The translations under genes were made by a program, and so were the position numbers. From positions 516,619 through 548,618 of the forward strand of contig NZ_SPNT01000003.1 of NCBI RefSeq assembly GCF_004959855.1: a stretch of DNA of 32,000 nt, in the 5' to 3' direction. The DNA comes from Nitratireductor sp. XY-223 (GTDB lineage: Bacteria > Pseudomonadota > Alphaproteobacteria > Rhizobiales > Rhizobiaceae). Every line of letters begins with the position of its first letter. Position 1 is the stretch's first letter. The notes below the pieces were generated by a model. That model was not told the DNA's origin and did no database searches. It saw only the letters and a program-made list of their open reading frames with translations. This document shows positions 1 through 7,747 of the stretch, in pieces.

Positions 1-185
1 TCATCGTGCCCGAACCCGGCCGCGAACCGGACGCCGAGGCGCTGATGGCGGCGATTGGCGGGCAGATCGCCCGCTTCAAGCAGCCCAAGAAGCTGGTGGT
101 TGTCGACGAATTGCCGCGCAACACGATGGGCAAGGTGCAAAAGAACGTGCTGCGTGACCGCTTCGGCGATTTGCTTGCCGGCTGA
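1..185 (+). CDS. 3' end of an AMP-dependent acyl-CoA synthetase/ligase (malonyl-CoA-synthetase-like); the start lies upstream of the window
   Basis: Frame 3 is open from the window edge to TGA at 183-185. The translation ...QIARFKQPKKLVVVDELPRNTMGKVQKNVLRDRFGDLLAG carries the conserved C-terminal PRxxxGKxxK motif of adenylate-forming enzymes. Confidence 0.8.
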   Translation, partial: IVPEPGREPDAEALMAAIGGQIARFKQPKKLVVVDELPRNTMGKVQKNVLRDRFGDLLAG

Positions 186-202
186 CCGTCACCCGACCGG
201 AA

Positions 203-1471
203 TCAGGCCCGCGCGCCTTCGGGAATGGTCCGGGGCAGGGCGTTGAGCGCCTCGATGCTGAAACCGGCGATCTTCTTGTATTTCTCCGCATGGGCAGCCA
301 GCTCTTCGTGGCTTGCCACGTCCTCGATCCTGTCGAACGTGCCGCCGCAGCGGTCCTCGATCATCTGCAGGACCGCATCCGGGCCGCTGCCGCGGTTCGT
401 CAGCACGATGTTGCGCGTCGCCGGAAGCACCTCGGCCTCGTAGGCTTCCAGTGCGCTCGATGTCACGCCGTGATCGAGCATGGCGCGTCCGAGCTTGCGC
501 GCATCGACGATCGCCTGGCTGGCGCCGTTGGAGCCGACGGGATAGGTGGCATGCGCCGCGTCGCCCATCAGCGTGACCGCACCCTCGGTCCAGCGCGCGA
601 TGGGGTCGCGGTCCACCATCGGGTATTCGAACACCTTCTCGGCGCTTTTGATCAGTGCCGGAATGTCGATCCAGTCGAAGGCCCAGTCCTTGAAGGCCGG
701 GTAGAAGTCGCCGATATCGGCTTCTCGGTTCCAGTCCTCCTTGTTCCAGCCGGCATCCGGGTCATAAGTGAGTTCGGCGATCCAGTTCATGGTCACAAGG
801 CCGGTTTCGGGATCCGGCTTCGAGATCGGGTAGGCGACGAGGCGCTGGGTCGCATGGCCGATGAGCGCCATGGATGCGCCGGTGCGAAATGGTTTCGCCT
901 GCGATGTCGCGCGCCACAGCACCGCGCCGCCCCAAATCGGCTCGCCCTCGTTTGGCTCCAGCTGCGCACGCAGGGCCGAGTGGATGCCGTCGGCGCCGAC
1001 GATCAATGAGCCTCGTTCGGTGCGCCTTGTGCCGTCGCCGGAATCGACGAGATGGAGGAGGGGCCCTTCGGCGCTGTTTTCAAAGCCGACAGCGCGCCAC
1101 CCCGTTTCCAGGCATTGCGGGCCGGCGCGCTGCATCAGCTTGTCATAGAGGAGCATTTGCAGGGCGCCGCGGTGGATCGAATATTGCGGCCAGTTGTAAC
1201 CTGCCCACTTGCCGCGCGGTTCGGTCCAGATCCTGAGCCCGTGCTTGGTGAAGAAGCCGTATTCCTGCGTCGCAACGGCGATGTCCTCAAGATCCGCCTC
1301 CAGGCCCAGATCGAACAGCTCGCGCACGGCATTGGGCTGCAGATTGATGCCGACACCGAGCGGCTTCAGCGCGGGAACGGCTTCGAAGATCTTGAACGGC
1401 ACGCCAATCTGTTGGCAGGTCAGCGCCAGAGACAGGCCGGCGATTCCGGCACCGGCGATCAGTACGGTCAT
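203..1471 (-). CDS. FAD-dependent aromatic-ring monooxygenase (PhzS / salicylate-hydroxylase-like family)
   Basis: 422-aa ORF. It has an N-terminal GxGxxG motif (VLIAGAGIAGLS), the DG motif LIVGADGIHSALR and the GD motif TLMGDAAHATYPVGSNGASQAI, and resembles PhzS-type flavin hydroxylases along its whole length. Confidence 0.9.
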   Translation of the reverse strand: MTVLIAGAGIAGLSLALTCQQIGVPFKIFEAVPALKPLGVGINLQPNAVRELFDLGLEADLEDIAVATQEYGFFTKHGLRIWTEPRGKWAGYNWPQYSIHRGALQMLLYDKLMQRAGPQCLETGWRAVGFENSAEGPLLHLVDSGDGTRRTERGSLIVGADGIHSALRAQLEPNEGEPIWGGAVLWRATSQAKPFRTGASMALIGHATQRLVAYPISKPDPETGLVTMNWIAELTYDPDAGWNKEDWNREADIGDFYPAFKDWAFDWIDIPALIKSAEKVFEYPMVDRDPIARWTEGAVTLMGDAAHATYPVGSNGASQAIVDARKLGRAMLDHGVTSSALEAYEAEVLPATRNIVLTNRGSGPDAVLQMIEDRCGGTFDRIEDVASHEELAAHAEKYKKIAGFSIEALNALPRTIPEGARA

Positions 1472-1522
1472 GCGATAGACGGATCTGGTCCGTTTCCCTG
1501 TTGCTGTATTGCGTCAAGATTA

Positions 1523-1566
1523 GTTTATGTGGTAAACAATTGTCAATATCCGTTTATGACATAAAC
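1523..1566. promoter_or_regulatory. Two related palindromic boxes, candidate MarR operators, in the divergent monooxygenase/MarR promoter region
   Basis: GTTTATGTGGTAAAC at 1523-1537 has GTTTA/TAAAC arms. GTTTATGACATAAAC at 1552-1566 is a perfect 7+1+7 palindrome. Both lie between the divergent start codons at 1471 and 1579. Confidence 0.5.
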
Positions 1567-1578
1567 AAAGAGGCCGTG

Positions 1579-2064
1579 ATGCCTTCTGACAATGCTGCAA
1601 CAGTTGAACCCCGGTCGAGCGAGCAATCGGGCGCCGTCGACTCCGGGATTCTGCACGACTTGCTCGGACATTTGCTCCGCCACGCATTCAACCGGGGGCA
1701 GGCCGTTTTTTCGGAGGTTTTTGAAGACGATGGCGTGACGCCGCTTCAATTCATGATCCTCGAACTGATTTCGAAGAATCCCGGCATCGCCCATTCGCGC
1801 ATCTGCACTGCGATGGGAACGGCTGCCTCGGTCGTGACAACGACCATGAAGCCGCTGCTGGCTGCGGGAACGGTCGTCGGCCGCGCGTCGGAAACCGACA
1901 GGCGCGTGACGCGTTACCGGCTGTCGCAACGGGGTGAAAAATGGTTTGCGGACCTCCGCCCGAAGATCGCCGACTGCGAGGACCGCTTTGCCCGGTCGCT
2001 GACCGACAGGCAGCGCGCGGAGCTCATTGCGTCGTTAAAGCGCCTTTCCGGGATCGAAGACTAG
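1579..2064 (+). CDS. MarR family transcriptional regulator
   Basis: ATG at 1579 is preceded by AAAGAGG (1567-1573). The winged-helix core reads LTPLQFMILELISKNPGIAHSRICTAMGTAASVVTTTMKPL...DRRVTRYRLSQRGE. The upstream part of the 1501 ORF is AT-rich operator DNA. Confidence 0.9.
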   Translation: MPSDNAATVEPRSSEQSGAVDSGILHDLLGHLLRHAFNRGQAVFSEVFEDDGVTPLQFMILELISKNPGIAHSRICTAMGTAASVVTTTMKPLLAAGTVVGRASETDRRVTRYRLSQRGEKWFADLRPKIADCEDRFARSLTDRQRAELIASLKRLSGIED

Positions 2065-2189
2065 TCGCCGGTCCCAAACGTCAGACATTTTGCCGGCAAA
2101 CCCGTTCAGCTGCGGTTCATGAAGGCTATGCCAACTATTTCCCGATCCAACAGGGGTGGGACCATTGTTGAGCGAAACGCTTTCAAGTT

Positions 2190-2246
2190 ATGTCCGGCGG
2201 GCGGACCCAGACGGCAGGCAATCAACGCCTGCAAGACGCCGGACAT
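2190..2246. repeat. Nested inverted repeat in the convergent MarR/LysR intergenic region
   Basis: Outer 10-bp arms are ATGTCCGGCG (2190-2199) and CGCCGGACAT (2237-2246). Inner arms are GCAGGC (2214-2219) and GCCTGC (2227-2232). A CU-rich run CCTCCCTCACTCCT follows at 2247-2260. Confidence 0.5.
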
Positions 2247-2349
2247 CCTCCCTCACTCCTGGAAATCGATTCACGGCGTGCCGCGCCGCCGGGGGCGCGA
2301 TGTGCGCTGGCTGTGCCGTGTAGGAGAGCCGGCGTGATCACCGCCCTGA

Positions 2350-3312
2350 TCATGCCGGTGGGGCGACCGGGCGCTCCAACAGGGGCGTCCGGTCAATTCT
2401 TGCGCACTGCATGAGAACACCGAGAAGCCAGGTGTGGAACGGATTCTTTTCGTCGCGGCGATGCCGCAGCGCCTGAATGGTGAACGTCCGAATCTCGATC
2501 GGCGGCGCCCGCCAGGCAAGGCCGAAAAGCGGTGCGAATTCTTCGACGAGGCTCTTCGGCAGCGTTCCGATCAGATCGCTTTGCGCCACCGTCGCCAGCG
2601 CCGGGAAGAACAACGGCACCGAGGCCACGACGCGTCTCGACATTCCGATTTTTTCAAGCGTCATGTCGACAATGCCCGTCATGTCGCCGACTTCAGACAC
2701 GAGGATGTGCCGCGCGCCGGCATAGGATTCAACCGTCAGGTCGCCGCAGAAGAGCGGATGTCCCTTGCGCGCAATGACCCGGTACTCCTCGGTGTAAAGC
2801 GTGTCGGACAAAAGGTCCTTTCCGTAATCCCAGTAGTAGCCGATGGCGAAATCGATATCGCCGTCGGACACCGCGCGCATGGCTGCATCGCGCCCGAGTT
2901 CAAGACTGGAAAGACGCATGCGCGGCGCCGATATGCCCAGCCGCGCGACCAGCGGCGGAACGAGCCGCGACAGGATGTTGTCTCTTCCGGCAATGCGAAT
3001 CACCCGTGTGCTGTTGTTCGGCTCGAATGTGTCCGGCGCCGCCAGGGTGTTGTTGAGGGTCTCGACAACGTGCCGGACATTCGGCTCGAGCGCATTGGCA
3101 ACCGCTGTCGGCTCCAGTCCGTGTGCGCGGCGAAGAAAAAGCGGGTCGGCGAATATCTCCCGCAGTCGCCGGAGCGAATGGCTGATGGAGGACTGCGTTA
3201 GTCCCAGTTCGCCCGCGACGGACACCGCCTTTCGGTGGCGCATCAGACCGAGGAACACCAGCAGCAGCGTCAGGTCGATCTTCCTGAGTTTAGTTTGATC
3301 AATATCACTCAT
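2350..3312 (-). CDS. LysR family transcriptional regulator
   Basis: 320-aa ORF with an N-terminal LysR HTH (IDLTLLLVFLGLMRHRKAVSVAGELGLTQSSISHSLRRLREIFADPLFLR) and a C-terminal substrate-binding-type domain. Confidence 0.9.
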   Translation of the reverse strand: MSDIDQTKLRKIDLTLLLVFLGLMRHRKAVSVAGELGLTQSSISHSLRRLREIFADPLFLRRAHGLEPTAVANALEPNVRHVVETLNNTLAAPDTFEPNNSTRVIRIAGRDNILSRLVPPLVARLGISAPRMRLSSLELGRDAAMRAVSDGDIDFAIGYYWDYGKDLLSDTLYTEEYRVIARKGHPLFCGDLTVESYAGARHILVSEVGDMTGIVDMTLEKIGMSRRVVASVPLFFPALATVAQSDLIGTLPKSLVEEFAPLFGLAWRAPPIEIRTFTIQALRHRRDEKNPFHTWLLGVLMQCARIDRTPLLERPVAPPA

Positions 3313-3388
3313 GAGGCGAATTTGATTTTTTCACATTCAATCGTGCTCTATCATGGTCGCGGTACGGGGAACAGGAAAATCAGCCGCA

Positions 3389-3466
3389 ATGGATATCGCT
3401 GTCATCGGCGCCCAAAGCGTCGGAAAAGCCTTGGCCGGGTCGTTGAAGCGTGCCGGTCATTCATGA
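3389..3466 (+). pseudogene. 25-codon ORF resembling only the N-terminal Rossmann beta-alpha unit of an NAD(P)-dependent oxidoreductase; possible gene remnant divergent from the LysR gene
   Basis: The ORF runs from ATG 3389 to TGA 3464-3466 and translates to MDIAVIGAQSVGKALAGSLKRAGHS. This resembles the MKIAVIGAGxxGxALAxxLxxAGH starts of F420/NADP-reductase-like proteins, with the middle Gly replaced by Gln. AGGAAAA lies about 10 nt upstream, and a strong terminator follows. Confidence 0.3.
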
Positions 3467-3522
3467 TCTGATTTTTGCCCGCAAGAAATTGTGCAGGTGT
3501 GCGCCTCTTGCACAATTCGGGC

Positions 3523-3557
3523 AACCGGACGCCTCCTTGGCGTCCGGTTTTTATTTT
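3523..3557 (+). terminator. Rho-independent terminator, with the T-tract on the + strand
   Basis: The 11-bp stem AACCGGACGCC/GGCGTCCGGTT has loop TCCTT and is followed by TTTATTTT. It lies 27 nt (3557 to 3584) from the pirin stop at 3584 on the opposite strand, so it may also act bidirectionally. Confidence 0.7.
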
Positions 3558-3583
3558 GGCCCGGCGGGCCGCCACGGACCCGT

Positions 3584-4516
3584 TCAGGGCAGCGGAATGA
3601 ACTCGTCTGTGTCGCCCGGCGGGAGCTGGAAGCGCCCGTGCTCCCAGTCGCCTTCCGCCCAGGCTTCCTTGGCGGCGTCGATCTTGTCGCGCGACGAGGC
3701 GACGAAGTTCCACCAGATGTAGCGCGGCCCTGACAGTGTGTCGCCGCCGAGCAGCATGATGCGTGCGCCGCCGGATCCCGCCTTCACGGTGATGGCATCG
3801 CCGGGACGAAACACCATCATGCGACCGCTTTCGAAGCTGTCGCCGGCGATCTCGACGGAACCGTCGACGACATAGATGCCGCGGTCCTCGTGATCGTCCG
3901 GCAACGGCAGCAGCGCGCCGGCCTCCAGCACGGCGTCCGCGTAGAACATGTTGGTGAAGGTCGAAACGGGTGCCCGCTCGCCCCACGCATTGCCGAGCAC
4001 GAGGCGGACCTCCTTGCCTTCGCCCTGCAGCACGGGCAGCGCGTCCTTGCCGTGGTGCTCGAAGGCCGCGTCCGTTTCCTCATGGGACTCCGGCAGCGCA
4101 ACCCATGTCTGGATGCCGAACAGGCTGCTCGGCGCCCGCCGCGTCTCCGCACTCGTACGCTCGGAATGGGTGATGCCGTTGCCGGCAATCATCCAGTTGA
4201 CCTCGCCCGGATGGATCATCTGGTCGGTCCCCAGCGAGTCGCGATGATGAAACTCGCCGCGAAACAGATAGGTGACCGTGCCCAGCCCGATATGCGGATG
4301 CGGGCGCACGTCGATGCCCTGTCCGGTGACGAATTCAGCGGGCCCCGCCTGGTCGAAAAAGATGAAAGGTCCGACCATCTGCCGCCGCGGCGCCGGCAGG
4401 GCGCGGCGCACCTCAAAGCCGCCGAGATCGCGGGCCCGCGGAATGATCACGGTTTCGATGCTGTCGAGATTGCCCGCCTCTGGGCAGTTCGGCTCAAGCG
4501 CAGGGTTCCAACTCAT
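3584..4516 (-). CDS. Pirin family protein (bicupin, quercetinase-like)
   Basis: 310-aa ORF with the pirin signature ...GFEVRRALP...VGPFIFFDQ...HPHIGLGTVTYLFRGEFHHRDSLG...AGNGITHSE. A strong SD (AAGGAGA) lies upstream of ATG 4516. Confidence 0.92.
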   Translation of the reverse strand: MSWNPALEPNCPEAGNLDSIETVIIPRARDLGGFEVRRALPAPRRQMVGPFIFFDQAGPAEFVTGQGIDVRPHPHIGLGTVTYLFRGEFHHRDSLGTDQMIHPGEVNWMIAGNGITHSERTSAETRRAPSSLFGIQTWVALPESHEETDAAFEHHGKDALPVLQGEGKEVRLVLGNAWGERAPVSTFTNMFYADAVLEAGALLPLPDDHEDRGIYVVDGSVEIAGDSFESGRMMVFRPGDAITVKAGSGGARIMLLGGDTLSGPRYIWWNFVASSRDKIDAAKEAWAEGDWEHGRFQLPPGDTDEFIPLP

Positions 4517-4618
4517 GATTTTCTCCTTTGCCCGAATATGCGTGCGATCGGCCCGCGTTCAACACGGGCCGCAAGTGACGCACTGTTCATTGATCCCGCA
4601 GACAGCGCCTGGCCGAGA

Positions 4619-4654
4619 GCTTCCTTAACCCCGGTACGTGAGGCTTCCTTAACC
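4619..4654. repeat. Two exact 12-bp direct repeats (GCTTCCTTAACC) in the pirin/GNAT divergent intergenic region
   Basis: Copies are at 4619-4630 and 4643-4654, with a 24-bp period. They lie between the divergent starts at 4516 and 4736. Confidence 0.6.
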
Positions 4655-4735
4655 TCTGCGCGGGATAATGGCGCCGCATTGCCGCGACCTGCGGACAGTG
4701 CACGCGCCCTAAGCCAGGACCGGACGGCGAACGCC

Positions 4736-5800
4736 ATGCTGTCGATCGACAAGACACATTATCGCACGGAGCTGGAAGACTCGTTCGACTTTCGAAGCGA
4801 CGGGTATGTGGACCTGTTCGAGCGCGCGTCGGCCTATGCGTTCCAGCATCCTGTCTGGCTCGACGCGTTCTACCGGCACCTGGCGCCGGCGCGTGCCGCC
4901 GAGCCCGTCGTGCTGTCGGTCCGCCGTGTCCATGACGGGTCGCTCCAGTGTGTGGTGCCGATGATCATGCGCATGAAGCGTGGCTTTCGCCTGCTCGAGA
5001 TGACCGATCTCGGTGTCGGCGATTATGCCAGCGCGGTGGCCACAGCGGATTTCTGGGCGGATCTCGAGCAGGATGAAGAACTGCAGCAATCGCTCCGCTC
5101 GGCACTGCCGGACTTCGACCTGCTGCGCGCCCGGCCGGTCCGCGAGGAGGACTGCGGCCGGTTCAGCCTGCTTTTCGGCTGCGATCCGGAGCCGCTCGGC
5201 TTTTCCGCGCACGCCGTCACGCTGGCACGGCCGTTCGCCGATTGGCGAAAGGAAACGCTGAACGGATCGCTGCGGAAGATGATTGACCGCAAATCGCGAA
5301 AACTGAGGCGCGAGCATGCGGTCGTGCTTGAACAGGTCGGTGACGCTGCTGACATCCGGCAAGCGATTGTTGATCTGGCGCAGTTGCGGTCCGGCCGATT
5401 TGAAGGCGACGTCATCCACCAGGATTTCGCGCGCGCATTCTACAGCGAGGTCGCCGAGGTTGGCGCGCGCGAAGGCATGGCGAGCACCTGGCGGCTAGCG
5501 GTGGATGGCGACACGGCCGGCATTGTCTTCGGCCTGACCAACGCCGGGCGTTTCTACTATCTTCTGATCGGCTGCGACTACGAGCGTTTCGGACAGTTTT
5601 CGCCAGGCCTGCAGCTCTATGACGGCATCATGGAAGACTGGTCGGGCAGGGACGGGGCCTGCTTCGATTTCACCATCGGCGATGAGGATTTCAAGATGAA
5701 GTTCGGCACCGCTCCCACCGCCATGTTCGCGTTTGTCAAAACGGGTAGCCTTCTTGGCGCCCTCGCGCGGCGGGCGCTGACCTGGCGGCACAATTCCTGA
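4736..5800 (+). CDS. GNAT-fold acyltransferase of the CelD/BioF2-like (FemAB-related) family
   Basis: I chose the internal ATG at 4736 within the 636-aa ORF, because the upstream part is antisense to pirin. The C-terminal region GRFYYLLIGCDYERFGQFSPGLQLYDGIMEDW...CFDFTIGDEDFKMKFG matches the YSPG...FDFxxGxExYKxxW pattern of CelD-like proteins. Confidence 0.8.
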   Translation: MLSIDKTHYRTELEDSFDFRSDGYVDLFERASAYAFQHPVWLDAFYRHLAPARAAEPVVLSVRRVHDGSLQCVVPMIMRMKRGFRLLEMTDLGVGDYASAVATADFWADLEQDEELQQSLRSALPDFDLLRARPVREEDCGRFSLLFGCDPEPLGFSAHAVTLARPFADWRKETLNGSLRKMIDRKSRKLRREHAVVLEQVGDAADIRQAIVDLAQLRSGRFEGDVIHQDFARAFYSEVAEVGAREGMASTWRLAVDGDTAGIVFGLTNAGRFYYLLIGCDYERFGQFSPGLQLYDGIMEDWSGRDGACFDFTIGDEDFKMKFGTAPTAMFAFVKTGSLLGALARRALTWRHNS

Positions 5801-5823
5801 TTTCACCGTTTCGGGGGAGATTG

Positions 5824-6615
5824 ATGGCCACAGACGACCTGCTTTCCAATTCAGTGATCATTGCCGCCCATCCGGACGATGAACTGCTGTGGTTCGGCGC
5901 CATCTTAAAAAAAGTCGACCGCGTGATCATGGTCTACGAGGACTTTTGGCCGAATCCCGAGGTCGGCAATGCGCGCGCGGCGGTGCTCGACGACTATCCA
6001 CGCGCGGGTGTCACGTCATTGCGCATCGCCGAGGCGGCGACCCACAGCTGCGCCGACTGGAACGACCCGAAACTGAGCGAATACGGCATAGAACTCGGTT
6101 TCGAGGCGACAAAGCGGGACCTGAAGCAGTCCGTCAAGCGTCTCCTGGGAAAGAGCCGTGCTCCGCGGGGCGGCATCAATGCGCACTACAAGCAAAATTT
6201 CGAGCGCGTCTACACGGCATTGAAACCGCTGCTGATGCCAGAAATGAATGTCTTCACCCACAATCCGTGGGGCGAATACGGTCACGAGGACCACATTCAG
6301 GTCTTCCGGGCCGTCGACAGGCTTCGCGGCGAGATCGGCTTTACCCAGTGGATGACCAACTATTGCACCGATCGCTCGTTGCCGCTGGCGATGACCTATA
6401 CGCAGGATGACAACAGGGATTACATCCAGTTCCCGGTCGACGGGACCTATGCCGACACGGTCGCCGACGTGTACCGCAAGCACGGCTGCTGGACCTGGGC
6501 GGACAACTGGCGCTGGTTTCCGTTCGAACTCTACTGCCGCGCGCCGCGGCAGCAGAGCGGCGGCGGCCTTGAGCCGGGCCTGCTGCCTTTGAACCTGTTC
6601 AAATTTGCAGCCTGA
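5824..6615 (+). CDS. PIG-L/LmbE family N-acetylglucosaminyl deacetylase-like protein
   Basis: GGGGGAGA (5813-5820) precedes TTG 5821 and ATG 5824. The motifs VIIAAHPDDELL (AHPDDE zinc motif) and GEYGHEDHIQV (HxDH) are present. The gene starts 20 nt after the GNAT stop, so an operon is likely. Confidence 0.85.
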   Translation: MATDDLLSNSVIIAAHPDDELLWFGAILKKVDRVIMVYEDFWPNPEVGNARAAVLDDYPRAGVTSLRIAEAATHSCADWNDPKLSEYGIELGFEATKRDLKQSVKRLLGKSRAPRGGINAHYKQNFERVYTALKPLLMPEMNVFTHNPWGEYGHEDHIQVFRAVDRLRGEIGFTQWMTNYCTDRSLPLAMTYTQDDNRDYIQFPVDGTYADTVADVYRKHGCWTWADNWRWFPFELYCRAPRQQSGGGLEPGLLPLNLFKFAA

Positions 6616-6627
6616 CCCAAAAGAAAA

Positions 6628-6649
6628 CGGGCACGCGACTGCGTGCCCG
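6628..6649. terminator. Stem-loop between convergent genes, likely a bidirectional terminator
   Basis: The stem CGGGCACGC/GCGTGCCCG has loop GACT. It is preceded by AAAAGAAAA, which gives a U-tract for the minus-strand MBL gene. It sits between the stops at 6615 and 6673. Confidence 0.65.
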
Positions 6650-6672
6650 GAATCTCTTGTCGATGCTCCGGT

Positions 6673-7626
6673 TCAGAGCTGCAACTGGTAGGAGGCCGGA
6701 ACGTAGCGGAACCCGTCTCCGCGTGTTTCCACATAGCCGAGAGCCGGGAACGGCATGTGATAGCCGACGAAGGGAATCTTGTCCGAGGCCAGCATGCCGA
6801 GCACCTTGCGCCGCTGGGCCGCCGCGCCTTCCTTGTTCATATCGAAAAGCACCTCCCAGTCAGGATAGGCGAGCGACCAGACATAATGATTGGCAAGGTC
6901 TGCCGTCAGCAACAGTTGGCCGCCGTCGCTTTCGATCATGTACACCATGTGGCCGGGTGTGTGGCCGAATGCTTCCATCGCTGTGATGCCGGTGACGACG
7001 TTGTCGCCGTCCTTCACAAAGGTCGTTTTCTCGGCAAGCGGCTTGACGTTCTTGGCGACAAGCGGTCCGGCGCCGCCTTCAGCGCCTTCGGTGGTCCAGA
7101 AGTTGTATTCCGCCTCACCGGTCACATAGCGGGCATTGGGAAATGTCGGGCCGTTCTCGCCCATCAGTCCGCCAATATGGTCGGGGTGCATGTGGGTGAT
7201 CACGACAACGTCGATCTGGTCCGGTGTGTAGCCCGCGCTCGCCAATGCCCCGACGGTATTCCCGCCGCCGCCGGCGCCAAGACCCGTGTCGAACAGGACG
7301 AGTTCGTTCCCGGTGTTGATGACAGTCGGTGTGAAGAAGAACCGCGTCTTGTCGGCGGGTATGAAGTTCTCCGCCGAGACCGTGCCGAATTCCTCGGCCG
7401 ATACATTCATGCCGAAAATGCCCTGCGGGTTGTCCCGCGTGATTGATGCGTCTTGAAGCGTGTTCACTTCAAAGCCGCCGACCTTGAACCGCGCGAACGG
7501 CGTTCCTCCTCCGGATTGCATCGGCGCGGCGGCAAGCGCCGGTGCGGCACCCGCCAGACCGGCGGCCAGCGGCAATGCGGATGCGCCGAGAAGGGCCGAA
7601 CGCCGCGTGATTGTGACTTCAGTCAT
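6673..7626 (-). CDS. MBL-fold metallo-hydrolase (lactonase-like subgroup) with a twin-arginine signal peptide
   Basis: 317-aa ORF. The N-terminus reads MTEVTITRRSALLGASALPLAAGLAGAAPALAAAP. Metal motifs ITHMHPDHIGG (HxHxDH) and FGHTPGH are present. SD AAGGGA lies upstream. Confidence 0.9.
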   Translation of the reverse strand: MTEVTITRRSALLGASALPLAAGLAGAAPALAAAPMQSGGGTPFARFKVGGFEVNTLQDASITRDNPQGIFGMNVSAEEFGTVSAENFIPADKTRFFFTPTVINTGNELVLFDTGLGAGGGGNTVGALASAGYTPDQIDVVVITHMHPDHIGGLMGENGPTFPNARYVTGEAEYNFWTTEGAEGGAGPLVAKNVKPLAEKTTFVKDGDNVVTGITAMEAFGHTPGHMVYMIESDGGQLLLTADLANHYVWSLAYPDWEVLFDMNKEGAAAQRRKVLGMLASDKIPFVGYHMPFPALGYVETRGDGFRYVPASYQLQL

Positions 7627-7747
7627 GGTGTTCCCTTTCAGTTGAGGCTATTGCATTGGGCAGGTGAAGCATCAGACTGGCAGTTAGCGCGACGGTTGCT
7701 TCAGGCAAGGGCCGGGACACTGTGTGCTGCAACGGAGACAATTTGTG

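Noticed and set aside
3890-4735. N-terminal 282 codons of the 636-aa + strand ORF (3890..5800)
   Set aside because: This part runs antisense through the well-supported pirin gene and the intergenic region. Its translation is Arg/Ala/Pro-rich with no family resemblance. The recognisable GNAT protein begins at the internal ATG at 4736.
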